64,000 nucleotides of DNA, taken from assembly GCF_009914755.1 (NCBI RefSeq), contig NC_060929.1. The stretch is one strand, 5' to 3'. Shown here piece by piece: positions 1 to 19,675 of this stretch (position 1 is the first letter of the stretch; every line of letters starts with the position of its first letter). A program made the translations under genes and the position numbers. Source of the stretch: the human T2T-CHM13v2.0 reference genome, Homo sapiens. A model generated the notes under the pieces. That model did not search any database. It worked only from the letters and a program-made list of their open reading frames with translations, and was not told where the DNA came from.

Positions 1-28
1 AAATCTTTGACTTTTAAAAGATGACTCT

Positions 29-5890
<5,862 letters not shown>

Positions 5891-6545
5891 TGAAATGGAA
5901 AATGAGTAGTTGTATGATAGCAAATAAAAATCTAGGTTTTAGAAACTATAACCTTGATAAATTGACGTTCTTTTGGACAAAAAAATATTTTAAATTAAAA
6001 AAAATATATATATATATAAACACTATAACCTAATTATCAGCCCTGGATCAAAAATGAACATGATACTGGCTTATAGTATCAGGAATATGAAAAACAAAGA
6101 TGCTCAAAATTAACCTGCAAAAAGAGACACTTATAAATTTTTTTTTAAAAAGTGGAGACATACTGGGAGACACTAAGGGTCCTTAATATAACCAAAAGGA
6201 CAGAAAAATGGGACCTAGGAAGTTGGGCAATTGAGGAAGATAATCAAAGCAGGTTAAGAATTCACTATGAATAAAAATCCTGACCAACTGGTCTCTCCAA
6301 AGGGGAGTCATGGTTATACTTCAGCAATCTGAGAGAACAGATCACAAGAGTGACGTACACACCAGAGATCATACTATGATCTATGTATCTGAAGACGTTT
6401 AAGGTGACACTCTAGTGGTCAAAAATAGACTGCAGTACTGCAAATTGCTGCAACTGCCAACTGTTACTCCTCTTGGTGACAACAAGGAGAAAATTGCTTT
6501 TAAAAACATAACTGCCAAAGCACCAACAATCGAATGAATGACAAC

Positions 6546-6551
6546 TTTATT
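6546..6551 (-). terminator. TAF9: TAF9 polyadenylation signal AATAAA
   Basis: tttatt on + strand about 180 nt past the TAF9 stop codon. Confidence 0.75.
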
Positions 6552-6729
6552 TTTCTTACACTTTTAAGGCTGATGAAAAACCTTCATTTCAATTGAAAAG
6601 TATGGTAACTGTGTTTACTCATTATTATTAGTTTTCTAAAACACAACTTGAAAACATCCAGCATGCATGTTTAATATCAGTACAATGAATTCAAGACCAA
6701 GTATACATGTTACATTCAGCAAGGCTAGA

Positions 6730-7524
6730 TTACAGATTATCATAGTCATCATCATCATCATCGTCATCATCATCATCTTCACGTTTTCTTTTCAATGCAT
6801 TTGATGATTCATTGGCAGTATTTTGTGATGACATCATATTAGTGGTAATAAGAATGTTTTTGGACCCGATTAATGATGGATTAATCAGAACATTCTGAAC
6901 TGCTGAGGTTGCAGGAATTGAAGCTTTTACAGCTGGAGACTGAGAAGTAGGCATCTGTACTGTAAACCTTTGACCTGTGAGGGACATGGGAGTCCCTACT
7001 TTAGTTGAAACAGACATGGTCTGTGGGGTTGGTGTGCCTAGTGTGGGAGTACTTGGTCTGCTAGTAACTGAACCAACACTTAACCGCGGGACTGTTATTC
7101 TTCCCGCAGAAGTTGATGCCTTTTTCTGTAAAGATTTCAGCCTATAGTTTGGAGCTGTTAAGCAGTATCTATCAGGTGGCAACCTAGGACCTGAATATGG
7201 CTTGATCAATGGCAAAGGGGTTTGATTTCTTTGCCTTGCAATATCTAATAAAAAATCTCTTGGGGGAGGAGAGGTAAAAGACTGATCAGCGCGGCACTGG
7301 ATTGCCAATCGCACATCATCTGCATCAACAGTAGCTTTCTTAGCATGGCTTGAATAAATTTTTGCATCATCTAGAATTGTGGTCACATATCGGAAGGCAA
7401 ACTCCAACATCTGATTTATAACTCTTGGCTCATATTCTGTAATCCCCATATCCTTCAGGATTTGTGCCATCATCTGTGCATCTTTCGGCATGCTCTTGGG
7501 AGAAGCCGTCTTGCCAGACTCCAT
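6730..7524 (-). CDS. TAF9: TATA-box binding protein associated factor 9 (TFIID/SAGA histone-fold subunit), complete CDS in one exon
   Basis: 264-aa [49 protein letters not shown]...DDDDYDNL; H3-like histone fold; strong Kozak (atcATGg); acceptor AG at 7543-7542, exon starts at 7541 (17 nt of UTR). Confidence 0.98.
6745..6777 (-). repeat. TAF9: Coding (GAT/GAC)11 poly-Asp tract at the TAF9 C-terminus
   Basis: gtc(atc)5gtc(atc)4 on + strand = 11 Asp codons. Confidence 0.9.
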
Positions 7525-8248
7525 GATATCCGATGATCAGACTTTAGATCATTTGAAAAAAATATGTACATTAGATCAATCTGAAATAGTTACTTTAGTA
7601 GCAACTGTCAGGAACTTAAAAAAATTTTAAATCTATGTTAAACTGTAAAAAAATTTTTAAAATTTAAACCATATGTTTTCTTAATTTTAATGAGGCAACT
7701 TAAGGTCGCTTTAATTTATTGAGTTCCTACCATGTACAAATCATTGTCGACTATAAAAAGATGAAGACACAAATAAGGGAGCGATGAAAGATTAGGGGAA
7801 AACAGGGTAAAATAAATAAAAACAATGATCATCTTAGAATATATGCAGTTGCATGCAAATCTCACACTAATCTAAGATACCATAGCATAGTCAGGTCCCA
7901 CACCTGAGCTCAAAACAGTCTCTTTCCAGTGAGACCAATATACTCACTGTGCTCATATATATGTTTAGCAGTACCAAACCTTTGTTTGTTCAACTTAAAA
8001 ACATTCTCCTTATTCACATTCTACCTATCCGAAATCCAGTCTCTTTATAGGAGCCTTCCCAACTATTCACAAGAATTGCCAGCCATTTTGAAGGCGGAAG
8101 GGAAAATGGTCAAAATAACCAGGACATAGCATTAGACACTTAATATTTCTGTGGATTCCCTAACAGAGTATATATTCTTTAATGGCAATCTCTGTTTTTT
8201 GTACCCTATGACAATACCCAGCACTAACACTCCACTTACCAGACCTTA

Positions 8249-8425
<177 letters not shown>

Positions 8426-8551
8426 TTATCACACTGCGGTCCACCTTCTGCCTTTCCTTTTATTTTTGAGACAGAGTCTCACCTGGCCTCTGCCCTTAAA
8501 AGTTCTTGACGACTGAAATGAAAAATTTCCTAATTAGCAATCATATGTAAA

Positions 8552-9821
<1,270 letters not shown>

Positions 9822-11247
9822 TCATGTTAAAATTAAGCAGTCTGAAAATTACCTCTACTGACCCCTTGCGCCCTTCCCTAGAGATAACCACTGTAAACCA
9901 GTTTCCTTTCCCAAAGAAACCCTATTTATGTTTGCATGTAAATGTACATATATGTACATACTCTTTGTTATATAAATACAACACATATTCCCTTTTACAT
10001 AAATGACAATACTATATACATTGTTCTTTACCTTCCCCTTCTGATACCTATTAAAATTACATTTCAAGATCATCAAATTCATAATTTTCAGCTATTCAGA
10101 TTTAACATCCCTGAAATTAAACTTAAGCATAAAGATAACAGGGATAATCCAGTTCCCATACCCAGGAGAATAACGGTCACCTCAAGTCCACTATAATACA
10201 CCAAGTCTGAACCCTGGACTCAACATGTTTTCAATAAAATGTTCACTTTAAAGTTTTGACAATGACTTAATAACCAGGGCACTATGTTTGATCCATGCAA
10301 AAAGATGTAAAATCTTCCGCTTAAGGAATCTAAAATTCTAAACGTTATTTGTGGGGTGGTTAATCTGCACCTCTCAGAAACAGACATGTCTTGTGCGCTG
10401 CCAACAATTTTACCTTTGGGTGAATGATGTAACTTTACTGTTCCCACAAAGAGTCTTAATTTTTCTGTACCTTGTAATAAAATCTACATGCATTAGATTT
10501 TTCCACGAATGGCCTACAATTTGATAAACACTTTCAGGACTAAACGGCTAGCAAAAATATTCGTTAAAGTCGTTATGCAGCATTTTAATTCCCTTCACTG
10601 ATAACACGCACCCTGAGTATGGCTTCAAAGACCCACTCCTACGCGAGAAACGACCCGAAATGCTCTATATGCCTTCCTTTTAAGGGGCGGGGGGATCCTT
10701 TGATGTAACTCAACAAAAGCATACAGCAATTTCGTCACGTCACAAACATCTGAACTCGTTTACCGAAATCTAATCTGAGGCGTTTATCAGAAGCAAAGAA
10801 AAAATAAAATACGGCCCACGGAGGCCTAAGGAGTGAGGCATCCACCATTAATGACTCTACCGGGAAGCAGATATGGCCTTACGTTATTTCGCTAAAAATC
10901 CCAAGGCCAACCCTGCCAAAGAATCAACAACCCATTTTACAAACGAAATACCAGATTCAGAAAGACTAAGCAGGTTGCCAAGCTGGAGAGCTGGATCTGC
11001 CGACCTCTCTCCACCCCCCCCGCCCCCCCCGGAGCCTCAGGCCAACGGAATTAACGTTCCGCGTCCCCTCCCTCGCCTCCCGCAACGCCCGCGAGGGTCG
11101 GCTCCCGGGGCGCTGACAACCGCCTCGTGGCCCTCGGCCGGCCTCTGAAGAGGGCAGTGAGGGGCCCCCACCTGGGCGCCCGATGCCCAGAGCACTCTGC
11201 GCCCCCAGCCTGCCCCAGCCCAGTCCCTCCCGGCCGCGCGCCCTGAC

Positions 11248-11275
11248 CGGTGAGCAGGATGTTCGGAAGCAACAT
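11248..11275 (-). CDS. AK6: AK6 exon 1 coding part (MLLPNILLT-G), 28 nt
   Basis: ggaccATGTTGCTTCCGAACATCCTGCTCACCG|GTcagg; phase 1 joins exon 2 to give [17 protein letters not shown]. Confidence 0.95.
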
Positions 11276-11441
11276 GGTCCCCGCCGCGACGGCTTCGGGC
11301 GCCTCGCTCACGTGCCCTTTGCTCTACAGGGAGGAGCCGGAAGGGGCGGGCGGCAGCAAAAGCCCACGGCCCCAAAGGCCCCGAAGCCCACCGCGGCGCC
11401 CCTAGCCTGCCCCGGCGGCCCAGCCGCGGCCCACTGGTTAC

Positions 11442-11460
11442 CTGGCTTTCGATGACACAT
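11442..11460 (-). CDS. AK6: AK6 alternative first coding exon (MCHRKP-G), 19 nt
   Basis: ATGTGTCATCGAAAGCCAG|GTaacc; phase 1 compatible with exon 2; matches my recollection of a second AK6 isoform N-terminus. Confidence 0.8.
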
Positions 11461-12819
11461 TTCCGTCGCAAAGTTGGAGGGTGGGCATAACTCGGGTCGG
11501 TACTTCGGGTCAGGCAGTGCGCTGGATGCCTAAGTCACACACTCCTTCGGTGGTCCCCGCCCTTCGCTTGCGCCGACCAGTCTGGAAGGTCCCCGGGAGG
11601 CCGTACCTCCGAGAGGCTCGGCGTTGAGCCCGGGTAGGGCCAGGTGGCTGCCCTTTCACCTAGGGTAGTCCCTGGTCGCCTCCGCTCTTCGCCCAAAAGG
11701 GGATGCAGCTCCGGGAAAGTAAGGCCGCCGCGGTTGCGGCTATATTATGTATATGTCTTAGAGACGCGAGTCTATCTCTGCCTTCAAGCTTTCCTGGGCT
11801 CTCGTCGCTCCTCCTCCCGACCCGCCCATCCCATCTGGGGATGAGAAGATTGAGGGTGCAGAGCCCTGTCCTGCAGCGGGGATTTGCGAGCTCAACCCGG
11901 CACCCCACTGATTACAGGATTACGTTGGACGAATATTTGAGCTTAGTATTCCCTGTTCACTGTGTGGGGTGGTGGTGGGTCGGCTAGGAATAGTCTTGAA
12001 GGTCTACCTCTGACATCTCATTTCAGTAACCTCGCATCTTCAGGGACAGTTATCTGCTTTTTAAAGGAGGTAATTGTCAATCTTGTTTTCAAGAGTGAAT
12101 AGAGACCTGACCGTGACAACAGTCTGCACCTTTTTTTGTTTGTTTGTTTGTTTTTGTTTTGTTTTGAGACGGAGTCTCACTCTTGTCGCCCAGGCTGGAG
12201 TGCAACCTCCGCCTCCTGGGTTCAAGTGATTCTCCTGCCTTAGCCTCCAGAGTAGCTGGGATTACAGGCGCCCACCACCACGCCCGGCTAATTTTTGCAT
12301 TTTTAATAGAGACGGGGTTTCACCATGTTTTGGCCAGGCTGGTCTCAAACTCCTGACCTCAGATGATCCGCCCGCCTCGTCCTCCCACGGTGCTGGGATT
12401 ACAGGCATGAGCCACCGCGTCCGGCCCCTGGTCTGCATCTTTTATTTCGAGCTACAAACTATATTTACTCAAATAGGTGTTTTTTTTCCACCTGTATACC
12501 TTTTGAAACGTCACAGTCTCTAATCGTGAACGATTTGGGGCGGAGGGCTGAACAATGTGTTTTCTAGTGTGTCGAGGTGTTTATAGGCTATGTGTGCCTC
12601 CAAACTGTAAAGTAGTCCAGTATACTTTCCAATGTATAAGTTTGTAGACCTTAAACTTTTCTTCTGGCTAACTTAAAATCGTTGAATTCACTAGTTTGCA
12701 TAAACATTTAAGAATTTGAAAACACGGTTGAAAAACAGTGTTACCAAGAAATTTTGTAATAACATGTTCAAATGAAGACAAAAATTTTACAGTTTAAGAC
12801 TTAAATTCTTCGTCCACAG

Positions 12820-12956
12820 CAAGTGAATTCATGGTATTTTACTTTTTTGGGAAATACTGGAAATGAAGACCTGCAACTGTAATTTGAAATAAGGAAAACT
12901 TTAATTTTCAGTATAAAAATTGCTCAAATAGAATTGCCTGATTTTAATGACAAAAG
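12820..12956 (+). other. RAD17: Probable RAD17 non-coding 5'UTR exon
   Basis: ttcttcgtccacAG acceptor and AAAG|GTaagt donor; the acceptor choice (12793 is an alternative) is uncertain. Confidence 0.6.
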
Positions 12957-13297
12957 GTAAGTACATAGTATGTGTGGTTTTTTTGTTTTTTTTTTTCTAA
13001 TACATCATTGAGTTCATGTGAAAAACTCTTAACACCACAAGTAGATTATTTGATACAGTTATAGTCATTAAAATTATTTTAGAATTTTGATTTCTTGTAT
13101 CACTTAAATTTACTGTTCTTTTTCACTAGTTCTTGAGCCTTTATTGTATTGTTGATTATATCAGTATACATTTATTACTATAATTGGGCATTTACAGTTT
13201 TTCTTCATTTGAGGGCTTCTTCCCCCCCCCCCCAGGTGAATTATAGTTTAATGTACTGCAAGTCCTAAACTACGGATGGGAACTATTACAGTTTATA

Positions 13298-13339
13298 ATG
13301 TCAAAAACTTTTCTTAGACCAAAGGTATCTTCCACAAAG
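13298..13339 (+). CDS. RAD17: RAD17 long-isoform first coding segment (MSKTFLRPKVSSTK), in exon 13236-13339
   Basis: (C)12AG acceptor before 13236; ATG at 13298; AAG|GTatga donor, phase 0; gives 681 aa when spliced to 15606. Confidence 0.85.
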
Positions 13340-13990
13340 GTATGATACACTGGAATGGCCATGTAATAATTGCCTTAAAATAATTATAAATTTTTATATA
13401 TATTCTTAATAACTTATTACTGCTATCAAAGTAATAGAGCCGAGTATCTATTGTAATTAATGATTTAAGCAAGTCTGGTAATAAGTTGTGAAACAAGTGT
13501 TCTCTAAAAGCACAACCTTAATTTTGAAAAAGTGTTTTACAGTCCCAGTCACAAAGGCTGAAAACATTTGAATGAAAGAACATAGAAGAGAGAAATATGA
13601 GTGGTAGTTGGTGTTATAGCTTAACCAAAAGCACTGCTTCTTAGAAGTAATGTAATTCAGTGTGTGAGTTCTCAGCAAGATAGGGGTTAAGGTGGGATGG
13701 GGGTCAGACAGTTTCATGCATGCAGGGTAGCTATTTCCCTAAGTGGTAGCTCTAAATTTTCTTTGATGTTAAGTAAGTTACTTAACTTTGCTGTTTATCT
13801 TTCTCTTTTTTTCAGTATATGGGAGTCCACATTTATGTAAGAAATGAAACTATAAAATGTATAAATAATTTGCAAATCAGAATTGCTGTCGAAAGTTTTA
13901 CTATAATGAAAGATATTTTCATACTCTCAAAAATATAGAGGAAAGGGGCCAAGATTATAGTACCAGTCACAATCTTTTGATGAGGACGAA

Positions 13991-13999
13991 ATGAATCAG
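13991..13999 (+). CDS. RAD17: RAD17 670-aa isoform start (MNQ), in exon 13816-13999
   Basis: ttttttttcAG acceptor before 13816; gaaATGAATCAG|GTagct; downstream exons sum to 2013 nt including stop. Confidence 0.88.
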
Positions 14000-14382
14000 G
14001 TAGCTATGACTAAAATTTTTTCCAGTGGTCTTCCTTTTTTAATCCACTGCCGATAATATTCCTAACTCTGTCTTAAAAGAAGAGTGAAGTGTGACTTAGC
14101 ATTCGTAAAGTATTTATAAGCCCCAAATTGTCTCCCCTAAGCCTACTTTCAGCTCCAACTTCTGGTTCATTTTCTTCAAGAGAGGAACATTGTCTAATAA
14201 ATAGCTCAACTGTGGCTGAGTATTCTTGAAAGAAATATATAACTTGGTTTCTTTTTGTTAGCCAGGCAGTAGATTCTACAACCAGATCTGAAGCTATATT
14301 TTTCTAGATTTATGCTATTAGAGTGTTAAAAAATCTAGTAAAAATTTCTAATTTCTAATTATTTGTAATTATTAGCTAATAA

Positions 14383-14574
<192 letters not shown>

Positions 14575-15605
14575 TAGAGTTGGGGTCTCCCTATGTTATG
14601 CTAGCTGTTCTCAAACTCCTGGGCTCAGCAATCCTACTGCCTCTGCCTCTGAATGTGCTGGAATTATAGGTGTGAGCTACCACACCCAACCATTCCCAGG
14701 CATTTCTGAGTGACAGTTCCCCCTCTGGAAAGCCTGCCTCAATTATAAAAATATTAGTTGCTTCATACACTGAAGAAAAATATAATCCAGTCATAATTAC
14801 AGATTACGTTATGATCTTTGGCCTATATCTTCACTAAGTCTTCAAGCTGATACGGATTATTTGGATGTATGAAATGGTTCTTAGTTTGTGAATGTATTAA
14901 CCTGGCCAAGGCAGATATATTACTCTTATTGCTGTTTCTGTTAAAATATTATCATTTGTTTATTTTGTTTTGCTTTTTTTAATAGGTAATTTTAATATTT
15001 ATGTTTCAATCCTACAGAGAGTTTAAAAAAATCATTCTAGTGTTTATGCTGGGAAGGTTACAATTAATAAAAATAAGTTTGTGTTCTTTACTCCTTTAAG
15101 GTCAAGTAGACAAGTATGCACTTGCACTTACTGTAAAGTAGAAAAACAACTATTACAGACAGAGTTTTATTTAAAAAGAGTTAATTTGTAAGATTTTTAG
15201 GCCGGGTATGGTGGCTTATACCTTTAATCCCAGCTCTTTGGGAGGCTGATGTGAGAGGATCACTTGAGCCCAAGAATTGTTTGAGACCAGCCTGGGCAAC
15301 ATGGCAAAAACCCATCTCTACAAAAAATACAAAAAAATTAGTTGGGCATGGTGGTGCATGCCTGTAGTCCCAGTTACTCAAGAGGCTGAGGCTGGAGGAT
15401 TGCTTGAGCTGAGATTATACCACTGCAGTCCAGCCTGGGTGACAAAGTGAGACCCGGTCTCAAAAAATTTTTTTTTTTTTTTTTTTTTTTTTTAGTTTTA
15501 AAGGTTATAAATATATGAATATGTTGTTTCCAGAGTAGTTCAGTTATTTGGGGGAATAGATGGGAGAAAATGTGATTATATTTACATGATTTCTTTTTTT
15601 TTCAG

Positions 15606-15863
15606 GTAACAGACTGGGTTGACCCATCATTTGATGATTTTCTAGAGTGTAGTGGCGTCTCTACTATTACTGCCACATCATTAGGTGTGAATAACTCAAG
15701 TCATAGAAGAAAAAATGGGCCTTCTACATTAGAAAGCAGCAGATTTCCAGCGAGAAAAAGAGGAAATCTATCTTCCTTAGAACAGATTTATGGTTTAGAA
15801 AATTCAAAAGAATATCTGTCTGAAAATGAACCATGGGTGGATAAATATAAACCAGAAACTCAG
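15606..15863 (+). CDS. RAD17: RAD17 coding exon (VTDWVDPSFDDF...EPWVDKYKPETQ)
   Basis: AG/GT bounded, 258 nt, phase 0-0; RFC-box II-like WVDKYKP. Confidence 0.96.
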
Positions 15864-16403
15864 GTACTGAAAAGCATGCAGACATATCTACATAATTTAA
15901 TTTCAGGGTGCATAAGGGTAGATGGGAAGCAGAGGGATTTACATTTTCAGATTTTTTACTCATAAGAATCTTTCTAAGTGTTAGAAAAAATTCTGGATTT
16001 TTTTATTTTCCAAGGCTTAGATTTTTCTCAATAGTTATTCTAAAGTTGTGTGATTAGTTGTCTTAGATTTAATTTAATCCCAACATAGAATTGATCTTTT
16101 TAAAAATTTTTGTACTAAATGTAATACTCCTCTCTACTGTCTTCTCAAAATGTATTTCTGAATTTTAAAAAATGTTATAACTGCAAACTTGCCAAAATTA
16201 TCATACAGAGGTATCAACTTAAGAATATAATTTTTCCATAATAGTATAAAAATTCAAGTATAATCAAAAGGATCATTTTATTATATAGATTGTTACTGAT
16301 TTGCTACTTCTTTTCGTTAATAATGCTTAGGTTCATATGTGCTGATGTACCAAAAAATCTTCAGTTAAGAAGTTTTGTTTTAAATTTGAAATTTTTGTTG
16401 TAG

Positions 16404-16487
16404 CATGAACTTGCTGTGCATAAAAAGAAAATTGAAGAAGTCGAAACCTGGTTAAAAGCTCAAGTTTTAGAAAGGCAACCAAAACAG
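16404..16487 (+). CDS. RAD17: RAD17 coding exon (HELAVHKKKIEEVETWLKAQVLERQPKQ)
   Basis: AG/GT bounded, 84 nt, phase 0-0. Confidence 0.95.
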
Positions 16488-16594
16488 GTAACTAAGAAAT
16501 GTGTTTTTAAATATTTAACATCAAATATTTTTCTGACTTACAGTGTGTTGTTAGAAGTTAAAGTTTTATGATGATTTTGTTCAAAATAAGTCTA

Positions 16595-16732
<138 letters not shown>

Positions 16733-17249
16733 CTACAGCTAATTAGCTGGGCATTGTGGTGCATGCCTCTGGTCTCAGCTACTTGGGAAGCTGAGGTGGG
16801 AGGATCGCCTGAGCCCAGAAGGTGGAAGCTGCAGTGAGCTGTGATCACACTAGTACACTCTAGCCTGGGCAACAGAGCAATACCAAAAACCGTAAAAAGC
16901 AAAACAAAACAAAAAGCGAAAAAGAAAGCTTCATGACTTTACTACTTCCAACTTGACTAAAAGACTCAGAGACTTTGAGTTTTCCCCTTTATTTGTAACT
17001 CTTTTTCTTTATGTCTTATTGTTAGCATAAAGAATCAGTAAACCAATTAGGGTGCTAGTGTATTTAGCACATCAGATTATCTCAGGCTGAGGAAAGCAGG
17101 CAAATTACATGTTAGTTTCTCTACTAAATATAGCCAAAAACAGTCATTATTTATTTTAGACTGATATTTTTTGTTTCACTTCCTTACTGCACAATTACCT
17201 TGAACCCCCAAGGTAGAATATTCTCTCCTTCCATCAGTCTCCCTTTTTA

Positions 17250-18470
17250 AATGTTTTTTATTTTGAGATTTTTCAAGCATAAAAGAAAATAGAATAATAA
17301 AAAAATATATATAGAATATACTCATTGTTTCCCCCTTAAGTATTTTAAAGTAAATTATAAACATTGTGACATTTCAGTTAGACTTTTAGATACTTCAGTA
17401 TGTCTCTGTTTTTTTAAAAAAATGATTTTCCTAATTAATTATGCATACCATTATTCTCTCTAACAAAGTTAACCAGGATGCCGTAATGCTGTCTAATGAT
17501 GAATTCATATTCACGTTTCTGCATTTGTCCCCAAAATGTCTTTTGTAGCTGGTTTGTTTCAAACAGGATAGGATCACACGTTGCATTTGGCTGTTATATA
17601 TCTTAGGCCTTTTTTTTTTTCCCTGAATCTAATAATAGTTTACTAACCCTTTCTTTTCTCCAAGGCACTGACTTATGAAGGAGACCAGGCCGGTTGACTT
17701 GTAGAAGTCTCACACTGGATTTGTTAGGTTGTTTCCTCCTAATAATGATTAACTTATTCGTCTATCCTGCATTTCCTATAACCTGAAATTTTGAATCAAG
17801 GGCTTGATTAGACTCAAGTTGAACATTTTTGCAAGAATAAAGGTCATGTTGTATGTTGTATAGGGCGTCAAATTGGAAAGTATTTGTGGTTCTCCTGCTG
17901 TCTTAAGTTTGGTCACTAGATCAAAGAGATGAAAGTCAAAAATCTTCATTGTAGAGTAACTTTCCCTCACAACTGACACATAATCCATGGGGAGATACCG
18001 TGGCAGCATGTGAGTGCCCAGTTCTCCATCAGTCGTCCACCTAAGTGCTGTAGCTTCAGTTTTTCAATCCTTGCCTGAATCACTTATTTTATTAGAGTTG
18101 TACAGTAGTAACTTTCTTATAGTTCTGTTATTTCTACAGTTATTACTGGCATTTTTCTACAAAGAAAAGTTTGCCATCACTAGCTAGGGTTGTTTAGTTA
18201 CCTTGAAATACATTTCCAACTAGAAAGGCAGGATAAGTTTTGTATCTTTTCCTTTTTTAAAAAATAGACTTATTTTTGGAGCAGTTTTAGGTTCACAGCC
18301 AAATTGGGTAGAAGGTACAGAGATGTACCTCATATCCCCTGCCCCAACACATGCATAGCCTTCTCCCGTTACTAACCTTCCCTCACCAGAGTAGTACATT
18401 TGTTAAAACTGATAAACCTACATTGACACATCACTAACACCCAGAGTCCATTGTTTACATTAGGTCTTTC
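17250..18470 (-). mobile_element. Old L1MC/ME fragments
   Basis: gcagttttaggttcacag..aaattg..agaaggtacagaga; acctacattgacacatca..cccagagtccat. Confidence 0.55.
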
Positions 18471-18494
18471 CTTTAGTTTTCAACCTTGAGATGA

Positions 18495-18845
<351 letters not shown>

Positions 18846-19193
18846 TGAACCAAGCTCCTTTCTCTCTGGCCTGTGGATCTAAACCTTTTGGTTTAGGGCT
18901 AAGATCATGAATTCAAGTTGGATTTTCAGTGTCAGCATTGGTATTCCTCTGATGTTTCATAGAAATCTCGTCTCTTGTCTCCGAATACAGATTTTTGGGC
19001 AGTCTATCTGACACACCTCTTACATCCAGGCTTTTTCTCATTGATTTGTTTTTGGTCAGCTTAGCTAATAGTTTTTATTTTTCAGTGTCCATTGTGTTTT
19101 CTCACTTAGCAATACTCCGTCAGTATAAACATTGTCACATCATAAACCTACATTGGTGTTACTATTATTATTCTACCAGTTGGATAAACTTAG

Positions 19194-19200
19194 GTATATA

Positions 19201-19234
<34 letters not shown>

Positions 19235-19675
19235 CACACACATATATATACGTATATATATGTATATATATGTATATATGTGTATATATATACGTATATA
19301 TATGTATATATATGTGTATATATATACGTATATATATGTATATATGTGTATATATGTGTATATATATACGTATATATGTATATATGTGTATATATATACG
19401 TATATATATGCATATATATGTATACATATATATGCATATATATGTATACATATATATATGCATATATATGCATATATATGTATGCATATATATGCATATA
19501 TATGTATACATATATATGCATATATATATGCATACATATATATGCATACATATATGCATGCATATATATATGCATACATATATGCATGCATATATATATG
19601 TATACATATATGCATGCATATATATATGTATACATATATGTATGCATATATATATGTATACATATATATATGTAT
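19194..19675. repeat. Compound TG/TA/CA/CG simple repeat, strictly alternating purine-pyrimidine
   Basis: (TG)10(TA)n, then TATACGTATA-type units, then TATGCATA/TGTATACA-type units. Confidence 0.97.

Larger units (their letters stand above)
10960..11900. promoter_or_regulatory. CpG island / bidirectional promoter shared by AK6-TAF9 (-) and RAD17 (+)
   Basis: GC- and CpG-rich; CACGTG 11309-11314, CCGGAAG 11337-11343 next to GGGGCGG, E2F-like CCGGGAAA 11711-11718; divergent first exons. Confidence 0.9.

Noticed and set aside
10873-11987. GC-rich ORFs over the first CpG island
   Set aside because: Stop-poor GC-rich DNA; only the 28-nt and 19-nt AK6 segments fit splice logic.
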